Shown here in pieces: positions 1 through 12,829 of a stretch of 64,000 bases of DNA; position 1 is the stretch's first letter; each line of letters starts with the position of its first letter. This DNA comes from Podospora anserina (lineage: Eukaryota): positions 3,844,001-3,908,000 of the forward strand of contig CM030332.1 of NCBI GenBank assembly GCA_017654855.1, given 5' to 3'. Under the pieces are notes generated by a model. The model did not search any database. It was not told where the DNA came from and saw only the letters and a program-made list of their open reading frames with translations. Both the position numbers and the translations under genes were made by a program.

Positions 1-421
1 GAGGGAGGCGGCGGGGCCGTTGATAGAGCAGTGGAGGAGGGCGTAGGAGCCGCAGGCGTCGCCGATGGTTTGTTGGAACCATATTATGGGGGCTGAGGAG
101 GAGGGGTTGCTGTTGCCGTGGTAGTAGGTTTTGGGGTCGCCGAGACGGGCGTCTTCGGATTGGCGGTCGAGGGCCCAGGAGGGGGTGAGGGGAATGATGG
201 CTATGAGGGCGAGGCAGGGGCGGGGGATGTGGGCGAGGGCTGGGGGGGAGAAGGAGTAGATGTCGTGGAAGGTGATGGAAGGGGGGAGGCCGAGGGTGTG
301 AGCGAGGGTGGTGAAGACTTCGGGGTGGTTTTCTGGAAGAGGTTAGTGATGAATGTTCGGGGAATAGGGAGAATATGAGGTGTGTACCGAGCATGGTGAA
401 GTATTTCTTCTCGGTGGCCAT
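1..421 (-). CDS. Ubiquitin C-terminal hydrolase (peptidase C12), 5' part; runs off the window start
   Basis: ATG at 421 gives MATEKKYFTML, then a GT..AG intron ~333-387, then ENHPEVFTTLAHTLG...IWFQQTIGDACGSYALLH. This matches the UCH-L catalytic QTIxNACG motif. Confidence 0.85.
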   Translation of the reverse strand, partial: MATEKKYFTMLGTHLIFSLFPEHSSLTSSRKPPRSLHHPRSHPRPPPFHHLPRHLLLLPPSPRPHPPPLPRPHSHHSPHPLLGPRPPIRRRPSRRPQNLLPRQQQPLLLSPHNMVPTNHRRRLRLLRPPPLLYQRPRRLP

Positions 422-2109
422 TTTTGCTGGTTCATTCGGTTCCACTATGAAGTCTTCAATTGCACACTTATGAAACACGCTGAGGTTGCAGATTTGGTAG
501 AAAACGAGCGATGAATTAATTGACTGCTGTTACAAGAAGTAGGGCAGGAGCGGTGTGAGCACGTCAGTCAAGACAGGAAGGAGTACGCAGGCGTCGCTGC
601 CTGGGAAGCTCTGAAGCTCGCCCACCTATCAGTCCACCCGGCCAGCTCTCCCCCGCAGCTTCATTGCAATTTCCCTTCTCGTATAGGACTCTTCTGCCTT
701 GTCATTAGTTTGCTTCTTGTGTGCTTGGCATCCTTTCAAATCTGGCGGACATTTATCACGGCCATAGGTTCTAGGATATGGGGAATGGAGGCATGGAAAA
801 TGGAAAAGTGACTACACCCTCATGTTTGATGTTGACAAGATATCTCACATGGAGCTTGAGGGCCAAATCAAGTTTAGCGCACGATCTCTGGGCAAGCTCG
901 GCAAGCTCCACCCCCGCATTTTCGGTGGACCCTGGACCCTGGCCATTTGCCCCACATCAACGTCGATCAACGACGACGACAACGATCCATATGACATCCC
1001 AAACATCCCATCAAGAGACGATGAAGGTCACGATAAGTGATATGATGTAGGCTTTAGCAGTCTCAAGTCGCCCATGTCGACGTACTGTTGACAAGCTAGA
1101 GCAGCCTTTTCGTCATTGACGGTTGAGGCTGGATGAAATCTAACGATTCAATGTAGCTCAGTTACTTGGCACATTCTGTCGCCTCAGGTGCACGATTCGG
1201 CATGTCCGAGATCTCAGTCCAACTCGGCCTCCAGATCGCACCTCCCATGATCGTGCTTTGTAAGGCGCATCCAGCACGGCCATATTTATCTGATGGAAAC
1301 ACGCCGCACAGCACCTACCGGCGCCGAAGACAAAGAAACTGCTGACCGGTGGTTGGTTATCCATCCATTCGCAATCCGTGGTCCTCAATTCAAGCCCCAG
1401 AGCTTTGCTTTAGGTAACCAAGTTGGAAACAGGGCGGGGTCAGACCTTCCTATGCATGTACACAACCGTTTCCATGTACATGCATCAAAGCCCTGCTTAT
1501 CACCACCACCCAAGGTAACACTTGACAAACGATGACATGACCTCCCGGACCCTGGGAAGCTCCGTTCTACCTCTCCCAGTTCCCACACTAGTAGGCCACT
1601 GCCCCGGACAATTATTTGAAAACAAAAAAAGAACGTTGCTGCTGGCTTGCATGACACCCACCCCTTCAGGGTCCAGAAAAGCGTCAAGTCCATTGATGAG
1701 ATCATCATGATTAGCTCACCCCCGGTCCCAATCGCAAGGTTCCAGCCCATGATCCATGATCTGAGGTAGGTAGGTAGCTTAGCTTTCCACCTCCGCTGAG
1801 AGACCGTCAGGAGTGGGCAGATGATAATGCAGTCGCACGCACCCCTTCTTTCTTCTTAAACCCCGCTCCTGCCCACAAATCTTTCCAAACCTTTCTTCTG
1901 TTCCCCTCCAAGCTCAACTCGAATACAAACACATCGTGAACACAAACCAGGGCTTTTCAACGGAGAGCTCTCTCAGGATCCACCTTTGTCGATAGTGTAA
2001 AACCCGATACTCGTAACACAATATTAACCGATTCACCTACCTCGAGCTATCCAAGGAAGCTCACCCTAACCAGCCTCACCCATCACCACCACAACAACAA
2101 CAAGACAGC

Positions 2110-2500
2110 ATGGCCGATAACATGCCCTCCGGCCCCGAGTTCCGCACCGGCCGCGCCGATTCCACCTCTTCTACTTCCTCCACCAGCACGACCAACACCG
2201 TCAACTCCAGCTCTGGGATGCCCAAGGCACCACCTCGCCGGGTAAGTTTATTTTCCAGCAAACCAACACAACAGCAGAGTACTAATCCCTCCCAAGAGAT
2301 CAAGCCACCTCTTCGAAGGCCTCGAAGCCCAAAAACGCTCCCAAGACCCGGCCGCAGTAGCAAGACGCCAGAGCATGAACGAACAACGGCCCAAGTCGGG
2401 CTTCATCGGCAGCATGTGGAACAAGTATGTCCTTTCCCCTACCATCTCATCTTCCACCTGTCTAAGCTGACCACCTATCAGCTGGGTCCACGGCCAGTAG
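2110..2500 (+). CDS. con-8: Small conidiation-specific protein 8 (CON-8)-like protein, 3 exons (2110-2241, 2297-2424, 2482-2500)
   Basis: Spliced product ends LFEGLEAQKRSQDPAAVARRQSMNEQRPKSGFIGSMWNNWVHGQ*, which resembles Neurospora CON-8 as recalled. Donors are GTAAGT and GTATGT, with CTAAT and CTGAC branch sites. Confidence 0.7.
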
Positions 2501-3996
2501 TAAAAATACTATACTGCTCCCCTCGGGGAGTTCATCAGAGGGCATGAAAAAGTCCCTCCTTGCTGTTGTTTCCGTTACAGGGTTTCGTTCGGGTCTGGTG
2601 TTCTTCTGATCATGGATGGCAATGCGGAAAGCACGAAAGCCTACCTACCTACTGCTGTTTTTTTTTTTTTTTTTTTGCAACTAATATTTCTCTTGTCTGA
2701 CAACAATGGCAAACTGCCCAAGACTGTTTTGCTTATCATACCTTACCTTACTTAATTTGATAAATGCGGAAAAAAAACTACAAACCTTGAATTAATCTGT
2801 CAGCTGCCCCTTTCTCATAGGGAGAGACGTTGTTTTTATATCAAACTTGGTACCTACTTTGGCCCGGCGAGTTGTGACCCCCTCTTCCCAGACGAACCTT
2901 TCATTAATCTTGTCCAAGGCTGATACTCCTACAGCATACGATATTCTTTTGAAAGACATCACTTGTTATCTCTAGTAGTCCCGACAGACACCCCCCGATA
3001 AGATCAACACCCAAGTCGACGTGAATGCCCTTGGAATTGCCCACTGAGATGGATGTATCGCATGCGTTTGAACATAACACAGCATGTTTGCCAAACTATT
3101 TCCCCCCGGCGGTCTTGAAATCAGGAAAGGGTTGATTGCCTGAACAGGGCCTTGTTTTGATTCATCTCAACTAATAATTACCCGCCTCTTGATCAAGCCA
3201 CCAAGTAATACCAAAGCCGTAAAGTGCTTCAGAGGCGGTGCTTGCTAGATATTTCCAATACACAAAGAAGCCCATCCTCTACAAACCACCTAGCTTGTTA
3301 ACTTACACAATGTGGTGATACCGGCGTCTTCTCTTCCACATGCTGGTTTTTTGCTGTGGGGAGCGTGGTGTGTTGATGAGCATTGGAACAGAATGGTGAA
3401 ACTGGCTCGGATGGTGGGTGCGCAGCAAGGTAAACAACACAACTGTCAACCTGTTGCCCTACTGTTCACCAGGTAGTTAGCCGTCTGCCAGCTCACCTAC
3501 ATACAACAAGGGTGTCTGACCAAGGCTGGTGCTCGCAAAGATTGAGATTGGTTAGGGTCCGGGTAGGTGGGAGGAGATGGTGGTGCCGTCGGACGGGATG
3601 CGATTATGGGGGTGTGTCGCTCAGGAAGAGGGATGTTGGATGCGGGCACGATCAGGAGGAGCAGGATTGGCGTTCCAAAAGGGAACGGTGAAGGACAGAG
3701 CATGTTTGGGCAGTTCTGGGCAAGGCACCACGGGGAAGCGAGGCAGGGAAGCGTGTTCAAGAGGGCAGGCAGGGAAGGTGGGAAATAAAAGCGATCATTA
3801 TCAAACCTCGGGTCCGTGAACTATAAATGAACAAAACCCCTCAGAAAATATTTTGCCGGGCAGAAACTGTACGAGATGCCAGAGCTTTTCCACCCTTCTC
3901 CCAACACCCCCAACGCCGTCCAAAAGTCGAAAGGAATAGGGGAATTATCGTTTGGTGGCATCGACCGGACCTGTGTTAAAAACTCGTTTCGTTCGG

Positions 3997-5588
3997 TTAC
4001 ATCCGGTGCTTTTCGTTTTCTGTGGTGGGTTAATCAATTAGTTGCTGGGCTTGAACTGGTGCTTGAGGCCTTGTTGGAGCTCACCAAGACGAGTGTAGAG
4101 CATGTATAGCGCCATCTTGTTGCATTCATCGGTACCAGTGATCGTGACAAGACGCTCGTTGCTGTTGTCTTGTGGCTCGTTAATCTTGATGACGCTGCCG
4201 CTGATCTGACGGATCTCGTTGATCTTCTGGCCACCCTTGCCGATGATGGCGCCAACCATATCATTGGGGATGTAGATTTGTTGAGTCATAGGTCCACCGG
4301 CCGCGCCACCAGAGCCAGCTGCCTGCGGACCGTGAGGACCGGTGTGGGGCTGGGGCCCAACATGTCCGGCGTGTCCGGCATGGGGTGGCATGTGGGGGGC
4401 GGCAGGTCCGTAACCCCCAGCAGCCTGAGCACCAGCAAAGTGCATTGGGACCGCGGGGCCAGGATGTGCCGCCTGAGGATAAGCGCCATATTGAGGCGCG
4501 CCACCGTAGGCCTGGGGCGGCATGTGGTGGGCTCTAGGGTCCGGACGGCGGTTGTTGTAGTGGTCGCGCTGACCAAAGTTTCCGCCGGCGGGTTGAGGGA
4601 CGTATGGGACGACAGTCATGCCACCTGTGACGGCAGCAGGACCGCCGCTGCGGGTAGCGTATGCAGAGGCAGCAGCCCCGCCAAAGCGCTCGTTGAGCTG
4701 CTCCAAAAGGGTGCTACCGACATAGTATGTGGCGATGTGTACAGCGTCAGCAACGCCCGTGACGACCAGAGAACGCTCCGAAGACGCGGGGAGGCAGGAG
4801 TCAGAAGCGTTCAGGCGGGCACCAGAAGCTTCTTGGATCTCCTTGATGCGAGACCCGCCCTTCCCAATGATGGAGCCGATCAGAACATGGGGGATCAGAA
4901 GACGCAGGGGATAGGTCTTGGAGTGCTGGTTGGAGGGCTCAGACAACGGCTCGTTGTTAAGGGTGCGGATAATCAAGCCAAAGGCCTGTGCAATGTTGTG
5001 TTAGTTGAGGCTAGAAATCAAGACAGAATTGAAGCAGCATACCTTTGCAGCAGCATCAACAACACCGCTGACAGTCAGAATACGCTCAACGGCGCCCTTC
5101 TGATAGTCACTGACAGTGCACTTGGCTCCTGACGATTGTCTGATCTTGGACACATTCTCGCCGCCTTTCCCGATTATAGTCGCGGCTTCGGGACTTGAAA
5201 TAACGGCGCGGATGTGTATCCAGGCAGTCTCATCACGAGACTCTGCAGGGGGGTTCGCCTGCGCCTCAGACGAGGCGGTATCCACCGTGGTGCTGGTGGT
5301 GGGCTTTGTTTCCGGAGCATCGGGGACGACTGTGTCACCCTGATGGTCCGTCGCCTCGGGCTTTTCGCCGTTCGTCTTCGCCGTGCCGTTGGCCTCAGGG
5401 GCCGGGACGGAGGAGGCGGTCTCGTCGTTCAAAGGAGAGATGGGGTCGGCCTTGTTGTCCTCCTGCTGCTCCTTGATGACCTTGTCCAAAGCCGGACGTT
5501 TGGCCTCGGGTTGGTCGTTGCGGGAGGGGGACGACGTGTCCTCGAGAGGACGCTTGGTGGACTGTGTTGGCTGGGGAGAGGCGGACAT
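3997..5588 (-). CDS. Triple-KH-domain RNA-binding protein (hnRNP K/Hek2/Rnc1-like); exons 5588-5043, 4985-4085, 4019-3997
   Basis: Three IIGKGG KH loops. Canonical introns join ORFs 5001-5588 and 4038-4976, and the last exon gives ...YTRLENEKHRM*. Confidence 0.92.
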
Positions 5589-7060
5589 GGTGAAATACCT
5601 AATTAAGTGATCTCTTTTTGTTTAAGGGGGAGGAGGATGACTCTTGTTTCACTTTGGAGAGCAAGCCGTTTGCTCAATGTCGGATTCTCGAAGGTATTCA
5701 ATTGAATATTTTATGTTGTTATCTACACCTGAAAGGGTTTTCGAAGAAAACGGGCTAGGTGTAGTGGCGGGGGCGGGACTGGACTGGGCCGTGAACTGAG
5801 GATAGGCTTGACTTGGGCCGGGACGGACTGAAGCTAGGGAGTTCGGGTTGGGTGATGATGGCTTGTCAAAACAAGGGGACGTTGTGGCTTGAGAGGGCGT
5901 GCAAAGATGGAGTGTGTGATCCAGTGCCAACTCAATCGGTGCTGCGCGACAAGCTACAAAGCACTGTGGCGAACTGACGGAGACTGTGATGGAGGCGCGA
6001 CGGGCTGCGGGTGAAGTGCAAGTGGAGTAGTAGAGGAGGTGTTGTGTGAGTGTGCTGATAAAGGCAGGGTGAAGCAGTAGGTGAGGCAGGTGAGGCAGGT
6101 AGGTGAGGTAGGTGGTGATGGAGGTGGTGGGTGACGGGAGTCAAGGCAGCAGGGTCGGGTGGTTCTTGCGGAAAAAAGCACCTTGAGGTATCTCAAACCT
6201 TTTGCCTGTCAAACCGGGCGCTCCGTTTCAACTTGCTCTCTCTTTGACCTTCCGTTCCCAGCTCAGCGACAGCTGTAGTGGGATGCCACGAGTGTCGATG
6301 TGTTTGGTGTGTGGAATGCGACCGATGCGCAAGGCAGCGTGCAGGATTAATATCGAAGAGGCAAACCGATCGATGCGGGAGACCGATGGATACCGTGTGA
6401 GTGGGAGACGACGGCACGGGGTAGGTGACTGGTCGGGTTCTGTGGCGATGATGAGTTTTCCACGTTCAAAGGGATGAAGGAAGGAAGAGAGGGCAGGTGG
6501 AGGAAGAGGTCGGGTCGGTGTCTCGAAATAATCGAGTTTTGGCTGAGAGGGACGGAAATGGAAGCGAGACCCAGCGTTTCGCAGCCAGCCTCGCTGGGCG
6601 GTGGATGCCCTTTCACCGTGCACTCTTCTGGCCACAGCCGGCCGATGTTCTAATTTGGCGGTAATAGTGGGGCAACCATGTCGCGCTCGGCTTCGGATTG
6701 GTCCGCCAGCAAGCCAACAGTGGAACGGTAGCAACGCCTCTCTCACCAGTCCTCCATTTTAATTTACAACTCTCTTAAACGCATGCTGCCCCCATGATTT
6801 GTACGACATATTTGTTTCGTCTACCCGATTCTTCTATTGTGACATATTTCTCGGCAGCAAATCTATCGAGCTCCCGATGTCTTCTTGGAGGGCGGAATAT
6901 GAAAGAGTAGAATTACATAAAGCTGCGGCTGAAGAAGCGTCACGAGTCTCCGCGGACCTCCACATTCACAATTCAAGATCTTCTATTTTCCATCCCACCT
7001 GTCCCGCTTCCCGTCTTGCCGCCGCCCTACGCGGAGACCTGATCCTGTTGTCCGAGCCCA

Positions 7061-8097
7061 ATGGAGTTTGAATATGACAACCCCGCCAGGGCCCACGAGG
7101 CCGACATGGAGCGGACTATACAGGAGCTCAACAAGAGAAAGAGAGAGCTTGAGGAGGCAATCCAGGAGGTTTGTGCCGTTCCCATATGCTGTGCCTCACC
7201 CTGCTAATTCTTCTGCAGTTACGGTCATCTTCAACTGTGCCGGACACTGAGCCCTCACCAGAAGACACACTGGAGATCTTTACCAAGGCATATGAAGAAG
7301 TTGCCGAGTCCAAACCGTTCCTTCCTGCGCCAGGCTCGGTTCTGCCAGCCCTGCTTGCCATCAGGAACGCACGCAACACAATAAATGAGTCCAATGAGTA
7401 TCTGGAATCAAAGGCGAAGTCACAGGATGAGTTGGCTCGAAAATTGGAGGCCGAAAAGACGGCCCTGCGAGAGCAACAGGCGCTGAAAACAGCTTTGGAG
7501 AACCGTATTCAATCTCTACGGGACGGGCTCGAGAACAAGCAAGAAAAGACGCCGGAGCAGATGGCCAAGGAGCGCATTGCCGAGCTCAAGCGACAAAAAG
7601 AGGAGTGGGAAAACAGAACAGCCAAATTAACCAAGGACCTTGATTGGTTCATTGAAGAGCACTTGGGGCCTATGTTGGCAGCCGAAGAGCTCGGCGGGCC
7701 GGTTGTTGGGCAGCTGACGGACATCGACCCTGAAGATCTGAGTGCTGGCTTCAGTGCTCAGGGGAAGCTGAAAAAGGCTAAAGACCAGCCAGACATTGAC
7801 AAGCGACAGAGACGAATAGACGAGATCTGGGGAGCTCAGGACCAGCAAGGCGAGAGCAACAAGAGAAAACGAGAGGAGGACGAAGCATCTGCTGCGGTTG
7901 CTGACATTAGGCGTCTCATTGAGCAACTGATGAACAAGCTGGTGGAGTCACAAGGTGACAACTCGGCAAGCTACTTGAAGATATCCAAGGAGACAGCCGC
8001 GGTCCGGTTTCTCGTCCGATCCAAGGTCGCCTCATTTCATCCCAAGGATGCACAAAAGTTGCGACTTGTAGATTTCGGGAGGGATATTGATGATTAG
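7061..8097 (+). CDS. Coiled-coil protein, probable centromere protein CENP-K-like; exons 7061-7168, 7219-8097
   Basis: ATG 7061 gives MEFEYDNPARAHE..., intron GTTTGT..CAG. Contains the fungal motifs LAAEELGGPVVG and VRFLVRSKVASFHPKDAQKLRLVDFG. The family name is recalled, not searched. Confidence 0.65.
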
Positions 8098-8327
8098 TCA
8101 TTCAGGGGTCGTAGGAAGCCGTTACATGTTGCAGGCATCACAGCCACGACGATCTTCCGTTTCAATACTGTTCCTCAGTTGAATCATAATTCGCCTTTGG
8201 GAATGCGATTCATATCATCACCATCGACAGGCTCCAATGACGTTGTGGCATGTTCGCCCCAATTGACCAATGAGATGCTACATGACTCACCCAGCTCCCT
8301 CCCACCCCTTGCATTTCAATTAAGCCA

Positions 8328-8359
8328 ACGCGACGCGTTATCCAAAACGCAAAACGCGT
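8328..8359. promoter_or_regulatory. MCB (MBF) elements upstream of dUTPase
   Basis: ACGCGA at 8328 and ACGCGT at 8333 and 8354, directly upstream of an S-phase nucleotide gene. Confidence 0.65.
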
Positions 8360-8416
8360 CTCCCATTTCCCAATTCTTCCCACTACTAATATTACTGGCA
8401 AGCCTCCAAGAAGAAC

Positions 8417-9270
8417 ATGCGAAAAGCTGCATTTGCCGTTTGCCAACGACTATCCAACCAATTACGACTAACCACACCTTCTCACCACCGTCATCATCCC
8501 CTGCTCTCATCCACCACCAGCATCATGACTGCCACCGTCCGCAACGATCCCATAGTCCCCACTTCCCCACCAGCAGCAAAGCGTCTCAAAACCGACACCA
8601 ACGTTCCTGAGGAGGCGACCTCTTCCTCTTCCACCACCACAACCACAACAAAAGACACCTCCACTACCGCAGAAGGAAACACCACGACCAATTCCGCCAC
8701 CAGAACCACAACAACAGCCACCACAATGGCCGCCGAACCTGCTGCCGTCCCCTCCCTCCAAGTGAAGAAGTTGTCCTCCACCGCCCGGCTGCCCACACGG
8801 GGATCTGCTTTCGCGGCGGGATATGATCTTTATGCGTCAAAGGACACGACTATTCCTGCGAGGGGAAAGGCGCTGGTTGATACGGATATTAGCATTGCTG
8901 TTCCGGCTAATACATGTAAGCACCCCCAATACCCTACTCCAACCCCCCGAACTGAAACATTTTGCTAATGTGTAACAATGTAGACGGGCGCATCGCCCCC
9001 CGCTCCGGCCTGGCCGCGAAGCACTTTATCGACACCGGCGCCGGTGTCATCGACGCTGACTACCGCGGTCCGGTCAAGGTTCTCTTGTTCAACCATGCCG
9101 ATTCCGACTTTGAGGTCAAGGAGGGGGATCGGATCGCGCAGCTGATTGTGGAACGGATTTTTACCCCCGAGGTGGTGGAGGTTCAGGAGTTGGAGGAGAG
9201 CGTGAGGGGGGCGGGGGGGTTTGGGAGTACGGGGGGTTTTGGGGCGGCTGCTGCTCCTGTCGTTAACTAG
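8417..9270 (+). CDS. DUT1: dUTP pyrophosphatase; intron 8916-8983; in-frame ATGs at 8417, 8525, 8726
   Basis: All five trimeric dUTPase motifs are present: [41 protein letters not shown]. Confidence 0.96.
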
Positions 9271-9559
9271 GCTTTTGTTTTGATGATGGTTAATAACAGT
9301 TGGAGTTGGGTGTGAAAGTCATTTTGTCTTGTCAAGAAGCTGGTTAAGAATGATGGGCTCATTCAGGGATACGGCAAAATATAATCAAATTTGTAATCCA
9401 ACAGAAAAAAATCATCGTGGTATATTCCCAACAGCAAAAAAGATATTCTATCGTACGCTTTCTAAGAGCTTTGCGTCGTCTAGGCCACATCCTCCCTTTC
9501 TACTTGATCCCATTCAAACCCTCACTCCTATTACTCTCCTTAAACCCACATCCTATTGT

Positions 9560-11054
9560 TTACAACCTCCTCGCCCTAAAAACCACCTTCGGCCCCCTCA
9601 AACTATCCAAATGCCTCACCAGCTTCAGCTCGGCCGCCTTGCTCTTCAGCACCTGCATCTGCTTCTTCCCTACCCCCCCCTCCCCCTCCCCCTCCCCCTC
9701 CCCATTCCCATTCCCATTCCCATTCCCATTCACCCCCCCTGTTTTCACCCCCCTAACCATCTCCTCCAACCGTCCCTCCAACCCCTCCGCCGTCTTGGCC
9801 AACACCTCATGCATACTCCCCAACACCCTCTCCGCCGCCCTCGCCAAAGGCAACTCCAACGCACCAACCCCATCCTCACTCAACCAGCTTCTTCTAGTAT
9901 CTAACCCCGGCTCTGTCGATGTAGAAGCGTCACAAACCGCCTCCCTCATCCTCACAACCATCAACGCGGCAAACATGTCCCCCGTCCCGGAGAAGTAGCA
10001 ATCAATCGCCGGAAAGGAGATCTTGAACGCTCTGGGCTGTTTTGTACTCGTCATTGACGACCCGACAACGCTGAGGGTTTTTTTGTTGCCTGGGGTGTCG
10101 GGGTCTGTGTCGTCGGGAAGTGAGAGCGAGGTTATGACGATGTGTGGGACGCCGTAGCGGGAGTGGAGGACCTCAATCGCCTTGCCCAAGCTGAGCATAT
10201 CCGTGATTTTCACCTCTGATAGCAGCCTGGTGTATTGTTAGCAGCCCCTTCATTCCTACCATCACAATCCATAACCACCTCGTGCCCCCCGCCCCCCTCC
10301 CCAAAAAAAAGAAACAAAAAGGGAAAACTCACTCAGCCTCAAACTGATTAGGCAAACACAAATCCGCCTTTCCCGCCAAGCCCCGGTACACAGGGACAAC
10401 ATCACCTCCGACATACAGATTCCCATTATCCCCCATTACCGGGTCCAGCACCCAAAAGAACCTTCCCTCCGCTCTGGACTTGAGTTCCTCCGCAATCCTC
10501 CCCACAGCCCCCAGCGCCTCCGCCCCAGGTACATACCCCGAGAGCATCATATCAAAGTCATCCAAAAACGACTGCTTAAGCCCCGACCACAGATCGAGGA
10601 TATGCTCAGGTGTCGAGCGGGTGCCCGTCCACTGCCCGTAGCCGGTGTGGTTGGAAAAGTCGACCGTGTTCAGGGCCGCGACGTCGCAGCCGAGGGATTG
10701 CATGGTGAAGGTTGCTATTTTGTTGCCGACGTATCTTGCGTTCTTGGGTGTCAGCAGGGGGCCATGCGGTGGGTGAACAGGGAGAGATGGGTGTTGGTTG
10801 AGTAGTGAGTCGAAAACTCATATCTTACAACCAAACCCAAACGAAGTGGCGAAGATATATCATGATGGCAGCGGTAGTGAGAGTGAGGGCAGAGAGGTAA
10901 AGACTCACCCAGAAACGACCTTTCAAAACCATTAGCCTAACCACTCTCTCTAATATATACCACAAAAAGAAAAAAAAAGAAAAAAAGATCAACACCGTAC
11001 ATGGCTCGCAATAGCCAACACCCTCGTTTCTGGCACCGGTGGCTCTGCGCTCAT
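9560..11054 (-). CDS. BUD16: Pyridoxal kinase; exons 11054-11001, 10919-10909 (11-nt microexon), 10734-10333, 10226-9560
   Basis: Spliced start MSAEPPVPETRVLAIASH-VVSG-YVGNKIATF. Motifs FSNHTGY, LDPVMGD, PNQFEAE and anion hole GTGD. Confidence 0.93.
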
Positions 11055-11933
11055 CTTGAAAGGAGGTTGTTGGCGATATAATGCGCCTTTCGGATCTATA
11101 CGTATGCGACAAGCCCTGGTAATGTTTGCGCGGGCACCTCAACGACAAGCACCGGAGCGGGCGACGGGGCAAAGAATCCGGGGCGGCAGCTGTATTCAAA
11201 AATCGAGCGGGTATACCGGCCGAAAATGCAAATAGTAGTTAGTGTGCAGGAATATAAATAAAAAAAAAAGTGAAGATGTGACGTCCGTCATGTCATATAA
11301 AAAGTAATGTTCTAGAAAGAGCCGGTGACTCGACTTCTAAAACCATCCTAAAAATCCATAAGCGATATCGCCCTCCTTCCCCCCCCCCCCAAAACCCCAG
11401 CCACGAACGCCCGATCAAAAACGTCAGCCCTTCACCGAAACCCAAGATCCTGGCATCCTCCCAAGCTACTAATAAACCGGGCACATGGCGAAAAAAAGGG
11501 TTCTAGAAACAGACTGCGCGGACCCAAGCAAGGTGTCTAGCTAGACTCATGCACATGGTATTTACCCCGCCATCCATGAGACTGCCCCGCACCCATTCTC
11601 CAAAAGTGCTGAGACCGCCACAGCGATGCCCAAAAGATGGGACGAGAGGGATTCTAGACATCAAATACAAGTCTGACCAAAAAAAGAAAAAAAAACCGGT
11701 TATGCCAACAATGCAATATGGCACCAAGACAGACTTCATTAACCCCCATGCACCTGCCCCAAAATCGTTACCAAATGGTGGTTGACAACTATTAACATGT
11801 TGATACACACTCCCACAAAAAGTACATCTACCACACCAATCTTGCAGGTATCCATGCACAAGGTCAACTCCATCTGATTGTATACGTGACGGTCGTTATC
11901 GTTTTAGATTGCGCTTCCTCTCCATCGCGGCCA

Positions 11934-12829
11934 TTACTCCTCGTCGCCGATCTGTATAACCGTTAGCTTGAACTCTTCCAAGACAGAAATGGGTGGTGAG
12001 ACATTACCTTTGGCGCAAGGTAGAAGCGGAGATAGCTGCCACCCTCCAGACCATACTCCACCATCAAGGGCACCTCAGCCGACAAGCAAAGCTTGACCTG
12101 GTTCGACAACGGCTGCGCCTTGCAAAAGTTGGTGAGATATTTCAGAGAAAAGGTCAGAGCAACCGGCTCGCTCAACTCAATCTCGACCGTCTCGTTGGGC
12201 TTGTCAACAGGCGTGTGTTGTCTCAGAGTAATAGACCCGTTGCCGATATCACCAGTCGAAGAAAACTTGACACCGTCCTTGGTCGCCTCGATAGTAACAG
12301 ACTCCGACATGGCCATGAGATCAGTCGTGATGCGCTTGAACTCGGCTGATGGCATGCTGATGGTGGCGGCATACTCGGTGTCGGGGATGCCCAAGTGCTC
12401 CTGGTCAATGTCCATGAGCTTAAGGTCGTACTCGGAGATTCTGTCCTGGGCGGTCGCCTCGAAAACCAAGTTCAGCACATCGGGGGCGTCCTCGGCCTTG
12501 AGGGTCAACGTGTCGTCACGGCCGGCCGCGCGCAGCACCTTGGTAAGGGAGGTGAGGTTGACGCCGAGGGCAATGTTGCGGTCGCAGCGGAAGGGAGAGA
12601 AGGCTTCAGCCTTGAGCATCATGGAAACGAGGGCGACGTGGCTGTTGTCCATGGCCTGGAGGGCAATGCCGCTGTCATTGCAGTCAAAGTTGCAATCCTG
12701 GACGAGGTCCTTGATGGCATCGACGGCCTGTTGAGACAAGTTGTCAATCACCAAGCAGCTCGAAGAATCAATGGCGCCAAAACTCACACTCTTGAAGAGA
12801 TTCGCCGTGTCCAACCGAGCTTCAAGCAT
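11934..12829 (-). CDS. POL30: Proliferating cell nuclear antigen; introns 12728-12787 and ~11952-12008; 5'UTR intron 12832-12924
   Basis: [45 protein letters not shown]. Confidence 0.97.

Noticed and set aside
9655-9740. Hexamer repeats (GN/GE) and C-terminal RRL in pyridoxal kinase
   Set aside because: Ordinary coding microsatellite in a variable loop. RRL is not a canonical PTS1.
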